From Epithemia pelagica (lineage: Eukaryota; Protista; Bacillariophyta): a stretch of 64,000 bases of DNA. Each line of letters begins with the position of its first letter. Within the stretch, counting starts at the first letter, position 1. The translations under genes and the position numbers were made by a program. The DNA lies in the NCBI GenBank assembly GCA_946965045.2, contig OX337235.1:1674001-1738000 (forward strand), in the 5' to 3' direction. The notes beneath the pieces are model-generated. The model was not told the origin of the DNA. It was given only the letters and a program-made list of their open reading frames with translations, and searched no databases. Of the stretch, positions 43,839 to 55,263 are shown piece after piece.

Positions 43839-46800
43839 ATGACTGTTTTGGACGCCGAACGCAATGGCTTTGGCCAGGGTGGTCCATCCTCCAAAGATGC
43901 TACAGAGAATGCAGTTGAGAGAGCACCCGAAACACCTGACACCTTGTCTTCGTCTTCCCCCCAAGAAACCGCCTCCGGTTTCGCCGCTTCCGGTGTGGCC
44001 ATTTCGGAAGCTGCGATAGCAGCAGCCGCTCAAGAACAAGCTGGAGAGCGGAGCAGGAACGGTGTAGGAGCTGAAGCGGACACCTTAAGCAAGGAAGACT
44101 CGCGATATACTTCGGTGACTTCGTTTCGGGACGAACCGGCCGCAAGTGCGGAATTGAAAGACGTGATTGTAAATGGGGAAAGCCGCTTCGACGGTGGCTT
44201 TACAGGAGCAGTAGAGGCATCCGTGAACTCTTCCATTGAGCGATACCTGGGAAGTTCGTCGGCTCCCTTTCCTGTCACAGGAAGTGAGTTGGGACATTTG
44301 AGCGACGAGCGAAATCGCACGGCCTTGGCTGATTTGTTGGCAAAAGGAATTCAACGGGAAACGAAGATAAGTAAAGCAAGTGCCAGTCACAATGTCAACA
44401 ACCTAGGGGGAGATATAGAGGCGCCAGAAGCGAAGCAGAGGATGTATTCTCATGTCATGAGTTTGGTGGACAAAATCCGAGAGGATGAACGAGAACGCCG
44501 TATTCCCATGCAATCAGCGGATCACGGGATCGAAGAAGATGATCATGATCCCATTGTACAAGAGGCTGACAAGAATGCCGATATGGCAGCTAATGTCCTT
44601 ACCACTGTTTTGTTAAGGTCAAGTCCGGAGAGTGGAATCGATCCGCGGGAGCTAGAACACCGTCGGGAAGTTTTTGGTTCCAATGCCTTGACTGAGAAGA
44701 AGCTTGATTCCTTCTTGAAATTGTGCTGGGATGCCCTACAAGATTTTGTTCTGATCATGTTGATTGTACTTGGTATCATTAGTATGATTGTGGAAGTTAC
44801 GACTCATGTTGGCGATTGCTCTACTTGCTGGATTGAAGGAGCTGCCATTTTGGCGTCAGTGTGCATTGTTGTGTTAGTCACTGCCTCTATTGATTATGCG
44901 AAACAGTTTGCATTCATCCGTCTTACCAAATCTCTGAACGAGACAAACACAAAGGCTGTCATTCGTGATGGACGTCAGGTTTCGGTCACAGATGACGACA
45001 TTGTCGTTGGTGATATTCTTTCCGTCAACAGCCACAACCTTGCTTCGATTCCAGCAGATTGCATTTTACTTGGCCCTGTCTCTGATCTAAAAATGGACGA
45101 GTCCGCCTTGACGGGAGAATCTCGCTTGGTTGCAAAGAAACCCGGTGATGTTGTCTTGAGTGGAACCAATGCCTCACAGGGAAGTGGTCAAATGGTTGTG
45201 TTTGCTGTTGGAATCAATTCCATGTCTGGGAAAATTCGTGCTCGTGTTTACGAGACAAACGAAGCAGAGGATGACGAATTGGGAGATGATGGTGAAAACT
45301 CACCTCTCTTTGTTAAGTTGGAAGATATTGCCAAGCGCATTGGTATTGCCGGCACGGTCGCTGCCACGGTAGCCTTTGCGGTTAGTTGCTTAATTGGTTT
45401 GGTCGCGAATGGCGATGACATTGATGCCTTGGTGGATTACCTGATTACCGCCATTACGGTGTTGGCTGTTGCGGTTCCAGAGGGTTTACCTCTAGCCGTC
45501 ACGTTGGCCTTGGCATTTTCATCCAACAAAATGATGAGTGAAGAGAACTTGGTGAAACATTTGGATGCCTGTGAGACAATGGGTTGCGCGACAACCATTT
45601 GCACCGATAAAACAGGTAAGAACAGAGGGAGTTGATAGGACTGAACCGTATAGGACTGCTCAACCAATCAATACTGGGCTGCTTTTGTGACAGGTACCCT
45701 CACGGCGAACAAAATGACAGCGCGGGCATTCTTTTTCGGAAACCAAGATTTGAGTGTTGACGATCCGCGCCAACATCTTGGTACTTATATCCACAATCAG
45801 GGTACTTCCCAGCAAGTGATTGATCTCCTTTGTCAAGCTATCGCGATTAACACGATGAATGAGACAGTTCTGCACTGTGATGAAAAGGATGGCAAGACAA
45901 TTACAGGTGCCAGTGGTAACCCAACTGAAGTTGCGCTTCTCTACCTCGTACATGACCTCGGTCAAGACTATGCACATATTCGCAACACAACAAAGGGACG
46001 ATCAAATCAAGGCTCTATGGGTGAATATTTGTCGGAAGGCAAACAGTTCGGCTTCTCCTCTTCTCGCAAAATGATGAGTTGGGCTGTTCCTGATGAAACC
46101 ACGGGTGGTTACCGTCTTTATTGCAAAGGTGCACAGGAGGTCATTGGCCAGAGATGTGCCTACTACATCTCCAGTTCAACTGGTGAGCCAATCCCAGTCG
46201 ACGAGGAAGCGAAAGAATCGTTCCCGAATGCGAGTTTGGCCTATGCCCGTAGGGGTATGCGATGCTTGGCACTCGCCTATCGCAATTTGCCCGCAGACTT
46301 TAACTTTGATTCGACGAGTGCCGATGTCAAGAATTCTGATGGTTCTCCTGCTTTCTTAGCCGAAACGGAGATGACGATGATTGGTCTTGTTGGAATTGAA
46401 GACCCCCTTCGTCCTGAAGTTCCTGGAGCCATTGAAAAGTGCTACCAGGCTGGTATTGATGTACGTCTCGTCACCGGAGACAATCCTAATACGGCCGTCA
46501 GCATTGCCTACCAAGCTGGTATTCTTCGTGACTTTCATTTCCGTCAGGGAACTAAGGAACGCGTTGCTGCCAATTTACGCGACAATGTTCTCATGGAAGG
46601 CCGAACATTCAGGGGCCTTGTCTATAACACAACAGAAGATGGAGAGCGAGAGTTTGATCAGGCTGCATTTGACCGAATCTGGCCGTACCTCCGCGTCTTG
46701 GCCAGGTCCTCTCCTGACGATAAATTGACGCTCGCGCATGGACTGAATCAGTCAAATCTGTTTGCGGACAAAGCATTGTGTCGGAAGCTCTTGCTGGAGG

Positions 46801-47735
46801 AGAATATCACTGTCTTCCCCGATCGTCAGGTTGTTGCCATGACAGGTGACGGCACGAATGATGCTCCAGCTCTGAAGCGCGCTGACATTGGATTCGCAAT
46901 GGGTGTTGCAGGGACACAAATTGCCAAAGATGCCGCAGATATAATTCTACTGGATGACAACTTTGCGTCGATTGTGACAGCCGCGAAATGGGGCCGAAAC
47001 GTCTATGCATCCATCCAAAAGTTCTTGCAGTTCCAGTTGACGGTGAACATAGCAGCCGTTGTGACCGCTTTGGTTGGAGCTTTCTTCTATCAAACCAGTC
47101 CTTTGGCGGCGATTCAGTTGCTTTGGGTGAACTTGTTGATGGATTCATTGGCAAGTCTTGCACTTGCCTCTGAACCACCAGTAGAGGAGTTGCTCCAGAA
47201 GCCACCAGTAAATCGCACTGATAGCATGATTACAAAGCACATGTGGGCCAATATGCTGGGACAAGCAAGCTATCAAATAACAGTTGTCATGATCCTTTTG
47301 TTTGCAGGCCCAGATTTGCTTAACGTGGAAGAAGGACATCGCGTTGAAGATCGGGACGAAAACTCTGTGCACTATACAATCATTTTTAACGCTTTTGTTT
47401 GGATGCAACTGTTCAACGAAGTCAACTGCAGAAAACTGAAGGGGGAGTTTAACGTGTTCAAAGGAATGCTTCGCAATCCCTTGTTTTGTGGCATTTTGAT
47501 GGTAACTGCTGGCTTGCAAATTTTGATTGTGGAATTTGGCTCTTTAGCCTTCCGTGTCGCAGACGATGGACTGAACGGGGAACAATGGGCACTCTGTTTA
47601 GTTCTTGGAGCAGGCTCTTTGGTTGTCCAGCAAGGGATCAACGTCGTCTACCGGTTGGCACAGAATTTCAATGTTCGACGTCACACACGCCGATTAGCCA
47701 AAGATCGGGCACAGGCGACAAGACCTATTCAGTAA
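43839..47735 (+). CDS. P-type IIB Ca2+-ATPase (PMCA/ACA-like); intron 45616-45693
   Basis: DESALTGES, AVPEGLPLAV, CTDKT/GTLT, KGA, MTGDGTNDAPAL, FLQFQLTVN, LWVNLLMDS. Confidence 0.96.
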
Positions 47736-48431
47736 CTTTCCTTGTGTCCTGGTTTGATAGACGACAAGGATAAACTCTTATACATACATCACGATCGCCG
47801 TGCATTGAGCCAGGTCTCATACGCATTCAGGCTCACGAACAAATACTATCTTCTTCACAAGTTATACAAATAATATTAAAGGTTCTAAGAATATGGCAAT
47901 GGGAATACACTTGTGTCCACCAATTTCTAGAGGGCATTCTAGAGGACAAAACTATCGTCGAACTAAGTATGGAACAGTGAAATCCAATGGAGAAGTACGA
48001 ATATTGGAGTCGTGTCAAACTTGCAAAGTAATCCCGCTTCCAACAGGACCTTACAAGATTCGCTCATCTATGTTTTACGAATCTATTGGGCGTTTACCTC
48101 AAGTATGGCCCTATGACCGGTGACCGGTGACCACGGCCACCCGTGCAGAACGAAGTGTTGATTGTTGGGAGTTGGGAGTGTTGGGTTTCTACTCGTACGA
48201 GTACAGTAAGTATTCGAGTCTCATTTTTTCTATGATAGTGTACAGATACGGCGCCAACCGCCAAAACCATGATCTCTGCGAACAAAAACTTGTCGGCGCG
48301 ATGACACAGCATCCACAAAAATCGAATTGAAGAGATAGAGCGAAGCCCCGAAAGCCGAAAGAGACGAGAGGGAAGGGAGGTTGAAGAAGCTGGTGTAGCT
48401 ATCGGCTGGATTATTTCCTTGGAGATATTTC

Positions 48432-51400
48432 ATGGGTGTATGTTTGGATGCATTAAAAGATCCTTGGATGTACTTGTGGAGTGGGGGCCAAAATGTGAAG
48501 AATCGACGACGGTTCCGTCGAAGATGCAGTTCATTTCTTGGCGTCAATCTTGTTCTGCTGTGTTGGGCACTTTTCACACACAGGGCGGTTGCCGATGATT
48601 TTGGGTTCTGTTACGAGAGTATACAGGACGCTAACGAAAATGGCAGTAATGATTCTGCATTGGACGTTACTGAATACCTGGATGTCGTAAAGAAAATCAC
48701 CCACGGTGCACTCACCACGTTATCTGCCACTCTACTGGGCGTTTTCGACACACTAAAGAACGCGGAAGGGGTAATCCCAATTTCAGTTTCAATAGGCTTC
48801 GATCCGGAGGGAGATGCGTTGTTGGATGAATTGTGTGATTCGACGTTTGCTGGCGTTCTGGCATCCATCGGCCAAATACCAGACTATGATGAATGCAGAA
48901 CGCGTATGTTTTTTGCTGATGCATCGCCACAGAACAATAAACTTGAAAAGCAAAGAGAGTTTCCTCATTTTGCTAACTTAATGACTGAAACGAACCTGTA
49001 CTCAGAAGATGCCAACTTTAATACAATCCCAGAACCAGTACAGCGAGTTTTTGAAGATTTTAAGGACACTAGTGGTGTCGAAGGAATCGATGTAACTGAT
49101 GCATGGAAAGGACCAGATCAGTCGATCAGCCAATTTCAGCTTCGAAGGTTGAACAATATTTGTCGGCAAGTCTTGGTGGCGATCCATGCTGGAAAAGCTC
49201 TCAGTGTAGATGATGCACTGGGGGTGGAATTTTCGTTTGACCAATGTGCGGCGAATATGATACTTGCCGACACCGAACCGCCAAACAATATCTTGTTGGT
49301 CGATGAGTACGTTGTCTTTTTGAATGGTTTGACGGGGGATACTTTCTCTGGCAGAAGTTTTGATTCTTTGCCATCACTCCTGAAACAGAACTATGTGGTG
49401 AAAGCTACAACTGATGGAACAGACGGTATCTCTATTGAAGGTTCACGTCCTGGATCCTCTGGGGAGTCAGTTTTAGCTCTTGAAGAATTCTGTAGTGCGA
49501 CGGAAGATGCTCTCAACGGTGGGTCTGCCACCGATTCCTTCCAGATGAGTTTTTCCGATTGCACAATCGCAATGGCCACATCAGAGATTGACAGTCGATC
49601 AAACGCTTTGGACAGGGAGGAGTATGTCTTGTTCGTCAACAAGGCAACAAACTTTGAGTATTTTCGGGATGACGATTTCGACGATCTTCCTCAACCTCTT
49701 GTTGACAACTACAATGCTCTAGCGCCCGACTCAAACGGAATACCAATTGATGGATCATTCCCAGGGCTTCCTAGAAGCTCCGAGCAGAATACAACCCTTT
49801 CGGTTATCTGCACTGCCACTGCTGCTGCAATTCAGAAAGCGATCAACCCTGGTCCCACTGTTTCTCCAACGCCCTCGCCAAATGAATCGATTGTTACCGC
49901 TTACAATGCGTTTGTCGTCTCCAACAATGACAGCTTATTGCTCTCTGACATACTCTCAGGGGATGAAAACACTGGTTTGAACGAAGGGTACAATGATTTT
50001 GTGGCTAGCGTTACTGGAGAGCTGGTTGTTAGAGGAAGACGTTTGCTTTCCGAACGAGATAACATGGAGCGATTCCTCTCAGCAACGGGTGTAGTCAATG
50101 GCACACCCACGCTTTACGAGTTTCAGAATTATGACTGCCCGGCTACTGTTACTTCCGAGGGAGCCATATGCCATGTTGTGTATGGAAGCTTCAATGCTAC
50201 ATTTGTCAACGAAGCAAATATATCTGCCATGCAACAGACCTTGACCGAGGCTACGCAAACAGCTGTAAATAGAACAGTGAACGGCCTTCAGTCGTTCATT
50301 GTTTCTGCATATCCCGACACAAAACTAGTGGTTGTTGGAGTACCAGAGGACGGAAGAGTACAGCCCGAAGGTACTGCGGGTATCAGAAGTGGAGGCAGCA
50401 GTGAGGGCGACGATGACGATGGTGTCAATGTCGGTGTTGTTATCGGTATACTACTCGCAGTCTTTGTGATTTGCTGTTGCTTGTGTGGCTTCCTCATTTG
50501 GCAGTATCAGAGCGATGGAGGCATTCTCCCTGGAAAAGGAACTCTTTCCTTCGCACCACGGGGAGAGGAGAGCAGCAAGGCATTCGATTTAGATAGCGGC
50601 GAAGAAAAGCCTGATCCAGAGATCGGGGAAAGTGGCGCCGACTTTAGCATACAAGAGCAGTCGATGCGAGGAGCCTCTCAACGCAGATTCAGTGTAGGGG
50701 AACCCAAAGAGTCGACCGGTATATTCCCGTTTGGCAGGGGACGGCGAAACTCCAATGAAGTATCAAATGAAATTGGCAGTCTTTACGCAGGAAATGACGC
50801 TGAGCTAAACAATTCTCGAGCCGCTGGACTCGACTACAATCATGGAGACGAAAATTCGGTTATGGCGGAGAACTCTCAGCAAAGTCAAAAATCTGGCAAA
50901 CCAAACAACGGAATTCCCCATAACGTGATACCAGGACAGGGTATTTGGGACATTGCCGAAGACACCGAAGAGACAGAGGAGGGGGGAGATGACGAGAACG
51001 AAGAAGAGGACGATGAAAGCTCTGAAGAAGAAGAGGAAGTTGAAATAGTGGAATACTTCGAAGATGAAGAAGAAGAGGATGAAACTGAGGTGGAAGAGAT
51101 CATCAAAGATGATGACGAGGACGATGAGGACGAAGATGATGGTGATGAAGATGATAATGAAGAACTAGGATCAAGGGCGGATCAAACGTATGTAACAGCG
51201 GCATTGCCCGGAAACATCAAGAACTTCAACAATATGGTCGAAACCGGAGACTGGGATGGTGTTGTGGAGGCTGCCAAAAACTTTGACAATCCAGGCGACG
51301 ATGCTGATAGCTATGCTGGAGGAAGGATCAGTACAAGCCTTGGACCTGGAGATAGCGACGAAGAATCAGAGGGTGAAGAGACCGACGAAGACGAGGAGGA

Positions 51401-52214
51401 GGAAGAAGAAGACGACGACGACGAGGAAGAAGAAGACGAAGATGATGAGTCTGTAAGTCTTGGTAATAATAGCAAGAAAACAGAAGAAGAGTCAACCGCG
51501 CATCAGTCCGCGACCACCAACAGTTATTCTTTCACTTCTGAGGAATTGCAAACACGAGAAATGTATCAAAAGAAAGTGGAAGAACTCGTCCGGTTGGTCG
51601 CACCAGATGAAACCGAGAATGTAGCGACGATGATGGATCAGTTTGCGGGAAGAGAAGAGGAACTAATCAACACCTTGGAGACCATGTACGAGAGGTCATA
51701 CTCTGTCCGAGCTCGAAATGCGATACACAAGTCCAAACCTGGAGTTCCCACGTCGTCGTTAAATAGATCAGGCCGCAGTCGCTCGGCTTCAACAAGTTCA
51801 GCTGCCGTAGCCGCAGCAAGTACTATCCTTGGGCGACCACCAGATGCCTCAAACAGCCGAAGTGACCGAGAACCAGATGTTTTGGACTCCATTCTGCATA
51901 CTGATGGTGACGAAACCCACGACGAGGATATTCTAGATAATGGCCCCGATGACGAGGATTCTAGCAGCGATGAAGAGGACGGCGGCACCGGTGCTCAGGG
52001 AGACGAAGGCGATGATGCCGTTGAAGGAAGTGAGTCTTACGATGATGACATTGTTGACGACGATGACATCGAATACGACGACGACGACTATGAAGAAGAG
52101 GACGATGGCGGAGGAGATGAGGACTACATTGACGATGACGAAGAAAGTGAATCTGAATATGATGAAAGTTATGATGATGATGAACAATTCGAAGATGAAA
52201 CAGAACGCGACTAA
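48432..52214 (+). CDS. Large single-pass membrane protein: repeated extracellular EF-hand-like modules, RRL motif, Asp/Glu-rich cytoplasmic tail
   Basis: 1260-codon ORF. Signal-like segment, about four D-x-N...EY repeats, TM at ~50430-50500, low-complexity acidic C-terminus. Confidence 0.8.
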   Translation: MGVCLDALKDPWMYLWSGGQNVKNRRRFRRRCSSFLGVNLVLLCWALFTHRAVADDFGFCYESIQDANENGSNDSALDVTEYLDVVKKITHGALTTLSATLLGVFDTLKNAEGVIPISVSIGFDPEGDALLDELCDSTFAGVLASIGQIPDYDECRTRMFFADASPQNNKLEKQREFPHFANLMTETNLYSEDANFNTIPEPVQRVFEDFKDTSGVEGIDVTDAWKGPDQSISQFQLRRLNNICRQVLVAIHAGKALSVDDALGVEFSFDQCAANMILADTEPPNNILLVDEYVVFLNGLTGDTFSGRSFDSLPSLLKQNYVVKATTDGTDGISIEGSRPGSSGESVLALEEFCSATEDALNGGSATDSFQMSFSDCTIAMATSEIDSRSNALDREEYVLFVNKATNFEYFRDDDFDDLPQPLVDNYNALAPDSNGIPIDGSFPGLPRSSEQNTTLSVICTATAAAIQKAINPGPTVSPTPSPNESIVTAYNAFVVSNNDSLLLSDILSGDENTGLNEGYNDFVASVTGELVVRGRRLLSERDNMERFLSATGVVNGTPTLYEFQNYDCPATVTSEGAICHVVYGSFNATFVNEANISAMQQTLTEATQTAVNRTVNGLQSFIVSAYPDTKLVVVGVPEDGRVQPEGTAGIRSGGSSEGDDDDGVNVGVVIGILLAVFVICCCLCGFLIWQYQSDGGILPGKGTLSFAPRGEESSKAFDLDSGEEKPDPEIGESGADFSIQEQSMRGASQRRFSVGEPKESTGIFPFGRGRRNSNEVSNEIGSLYAGNDAELNNSRAAGLDYNHGDENSVMAENSQQSQKSGKPNNGIPHNVIPGQGIWDIAEDTEETEEGGDDENEEEDDESSEEEEEVEIVEYFEDEEEEDETEVEEIIKDDDEDDEDEDDGDEDDNEELGSRADQTYVTAALPGNIKNFNNMVETGDWDGVVEAAKNFDNPGDDADSYAGGRISTSLGPGDSDEESEGEETDEDEEEEEEDDDDEEEEDEDDESVSLGNNSKKTEEESTAHQSATTNSYSFTSEELQTREMYQKKVEELVRLVAPDETENVATMMDQFAGREEELINTLETMYERSYSVRARNAIHKSKPGVPTSSLNRSGRSRSASTSSAAVAAASTILGRPPDASNSRSDREPDVLDSILHTDGDETHDEDILDNGPDDEDSSSDEEDGGTGAQGDEGDDAVEGSESYDDDIVDDDDIEYDDDDYEEEDDGGGDEDYIDDDEESESEYDESYDDDEQFEDETERD

Positions 52215-52936
52215 GGATGGGATCACCAGTGATTTTGCCATTGCTGAAGGTTGAATGGTAGCAATAGTCTACATCATGTTCATAAACAAGTCTTCCACTG
52301 TGGAATGGAGGGGGGATGTTGCACTCCGACGAAACAATACTTCGGGTCGGACAATTGAGCATCCTAGCCGGTGATTCTCATTGACAACGCGATCTGTGCA
52401 GGTGTCATGTTTGTCAGCAATCAATCGAGAAACAATCCTGCTTTGCTTAGTGGAGCGCATCTTCTTTTGCGAATGGGACCGGGCTCCGTCTCCTCTATTG
52501 CACCTGCAACGTAGCCTAACAAATGCTCACGCATTTAAACCTCTGCTTGTTCTTAAGAGTATTGAAACGCTCGTTGAATGTTGCAGAGATAATAACTTGG
52601 TGCCCCAAGCATTACTATCCTCTGCTTTATGATCATTTCTTACATCTAATTCTAACATGGATTTTGAGGGGACTCGACTCGCGGTGGCTGTGACGCTCGC
52701 TGGTCCTGGGACACCTACGAAAATTGTTACCGATGGCCAGTTGCACGTGTAGCCCAATAAGTATTAAGAGCTCTACTTCCAAACATCGCCTAATAAGGAG
52801 CGGGCCATATCAACAAGAAAAATACTTATTATGGTTCCTGATAGTAACTTCTAGAAAGTAACGTTTATTCTGTCACCTTAACGGACTTACTGTAATGAAG
52901 AATATTTAATTTTGGTCTTGCAAAACTTACTTAGGA

Positions 52937-53130
52937 TGTTTCCAGTCGTGATACCAGTTGTTTCCGTTGTTTCCGTTGTTTCCAGTCGTGATACCAGTTG
53001 TTTCCGTTGTTTCCGTTGTTTCCAGTCGTGATACCAGTTGTTTCCAGTCGTGTGCCCGTTGTTTCCACGCTGTTTCCGTTGTTTCCAGTCGTGTGCCCGT
53101 TGTTTCCAGTCGTGTGCCGGTTGTTTCCGG
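52937..53130. repeat. Tandem array of TGTTTCC(A/G)-based 9- and 22-bp units with a 40-bp higher-order period
   Basis: TCCAGTCGTG recurs at 52941, 52981 and 53021. Confidence 0.9.
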
Positions 53131-53237
53131 TCGCCGTTCGCATGAGACTCCCGGCCCAACGAGATTCAGGACTCCACTCATTTTCCTATAGTAAACAATA
53201 TGCGTAAAACCAACCAAGGCTCACCACTCACCACTCA

Positions 53238-53526
53238 GGGCTGGTCTTATCTTGTGTGAACATTCACAAAGTTCACATTTTTGCCCATGTGGGATGACGT
53301 GGCTGTGAACTTTTCGTGAATTCGCAAAATCGGATTTGGAGTAGCGTTTCACTTGTCACAAAAAGTTCACACCGTGTCCACCACGACTCGGATGTGAATT
53401 TCACATGTGAAAATGAACTTTTTCACATGGACCCTCGGTTTTCGGTTTTCACACCCAAAAACTGTGACATGCCGAAGCTGTTTTTGTGTGAACTTTGTGA
53501 ATGTTCACACAAGATAAGACCAGCCC
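53238..53526. mobile_element. MITE (289 bp) with 40-bp perfect TIRs, probably PIF/Harbinger-derived
   Basis: GGGCTGGTCTTATCTTGTGTGAACATTCACAAAGTTCACA at 53238-53277 and its reverse complement at 53487-53526. Flanked by TCA/TCA (alternatively CACTC with 41-bp TIRs). Confidence 0.9.
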
Positions 53527-54024
53527 TCACTCGATGGTGACGAGACGCTAGCACAACAATCAACCCGCCTCCTCTTTGCATACGAACAGCTACTAATAGA
53601 GAGCATCAACCTAGTTGTACATGGACGTATGTGTCGTAGGACATGGCTATCGTTTCCGCCGTCATCCATCTGTCTTCATCCATCCTCGTTCGCCATCCTC
53701 TCTTTTGCCTGCATCGATCCATTTTCCATTTGTCTTTGTCTTTCTTGATTGTCACCATGTCTACCAAGAGACTCCAGATTCCATGGATGGTTGCGATGGC
53801 GGCTGAGTTGATTGTTGCGTTTGATGTTTGATTGTTTTGTTTTGACGAAGAGCTGTTTGTTGCGTTCGCGCCCACGCCATTGTCGTTGATTGTTTTGTGT
53901 TCGATGTTGAATGCTCGTCAACGTCCAAGGATCATTCCACCGAAAAAGCCCCCTACCGTGAGCGTGAGGATCCGAGTGCTTTTCAGCCAGAAAGTTCAGG
54001 ATCTTTCTTGGGATCTGTATCCAA

Positions 54025-54063
54025 TGTTTCCAGTCGTGTATCCGTTGTTTCCAAGATGCTCCC
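54025..54063. repeat. Left half of the degenerate TGTTTCC array split by the YR element
   Basis: TGTTTCCAGTCGTG and TGTTTCCA units; continues at 63570. Confidence 0.6.
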
Positions 54064-54502
54064 AGGCACTTTCATTTCTTCCAGGTAAACTGCATTCTTT
54101 CCTTTGACACAGGGTCGAACGTGGCTTGGAGTCGTGGAATGACGCTGGGTAGTAACAGTCATAATCGTCTAGATTATGCTGTATTACGGTAAGGGGAACT
54201 CCTTCCCAGTGGAGCGGCATCCAAAAACATCAAAGTGTGAATGGATACCAAGATCGACGCTGTACTGCCGCTGTCAAGGCCAGTCCAACTCTTACCCCCT
54301 GAAGAATCGTCCGAGTCCCGAAGCCGGTAGTCCTCAAGAGTTTAGTCCCGAGTCAGCACGCGGGGCGAACCTCCGCTTAAGCCGTCCAAGTCAATTCCCC
54401 CGGCCAAGGTGAGAATAGCATGGAACTCCAATAGCTTCGAACCCCATCTTATTCCATCAGTGAGTTCGCAAACGACAGAGTGCACGTATGTGTACAATCC
54501 TT
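54064..54502 (-). repeat. Split direct repeat B2 (439 bp)
   Basis: Copy of 54786-55224. Confidence 0.93.
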
Positions 54503-54525
54503 ATAACGCAGGGTGGGAGGGTGGA

Positions 54526-54787
54526 AAACAAAATTCAGATAGTCACAAGAAGAGATACAATACCTGCAACGTATAGCACCTCAACCAACAATCAACCTGA
54601 AAGACAGTGACCCGATCAACTTTCATTCCAAAGTTGAGTTCATGCAAACTGGTAGATCTTTGATCTTCAAGATACGCACGAAATCTCTTTGGGATATTCG
54701 GTCGCTTATTCGACCCGTGTGTCAGTTGTTCATTCGTCAGTTTACCTCTTGATTCTTGTATCGCCAGATTAGCTTGAGCACATTAAG
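54526..54787 (-). repeat. Split direct repeat A2 (262 bp)
   Basis: Copy of 63308-63569. Confidence 0.93.
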
Positions 54788-55224
54788 GCACTTTCATTTC
54801 TTCCAGGTAAACTGCATTCTTTCCTTTGACACAGGGTCGAACGTGGCTTGGAGTCGTGGAATGACGCTGGGTAGTAACAGTCATAATCGTCTAGATTATG
54901 CTGTATTACGGTAAGGGGAACTCCTTCCCAGTGGAGCGGCATCCAAAAACATCAAAGTGTGAATGGATACCAAGATCGACGCTGCACTGCCGCTGTCAAG
55001 GCCAGTCCAACTCTTACCCCCTGAAGAATCGTCCGAGTCCCGAAGCCGGTAGTCCTCAAGAGTTTAGTCCCGAGTCAGCACGCGGGGCGAACCTCCGCTT
55101 AAGCCGTCCAAGTCAATTCCCCCGGCCAAGGTGAGAATAGCATGGAACTCCAATAGCTTCGAACCCCATCTTATTCCATCAGTGAGTTCGCAAACGACAG
55201 AGTGCACGTATGTGTACAATCCTT
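54786..55224 (-). repeat. Split direct repeat B1 (439 bp)
   Basis: Copy of 54064-54502. Confidence 0.93.
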
Positions 55225-55263
55225 TCCCCCTCCATATCGTCCTTGAAATCTTCTCTGCTTTTG

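Noticed and set aside
43096-43918. Overlapping 160-220 aa ORFs upstream of the Ca2+-ATPase
   Set aside because: No motifs, no ATG starts in several, Cys/Arg-rich random-like composition; probably promoter or UTR.
50950-52214. GAN-rich tracts as a microsatellite or repeat element
   Set aside because: They are in-frame Asp/Glu codons of the large membrane protein.
52937-53130. CRISPR-like array
   Set aside because: Units are contiguous with no unique spacers, there are no cas genes, and the context is eukaryotic.
53600-54020. Short ORFs between the MITE and the YR element
   Set aside because: Low-complexity pyrimidine-rich sequence with no consistent frame or recognisable domain.
54176-55134. 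Two near-identical 78-aa ORFs
   Set aside because: By-products of the B1/B2 repeats with no coding signature.
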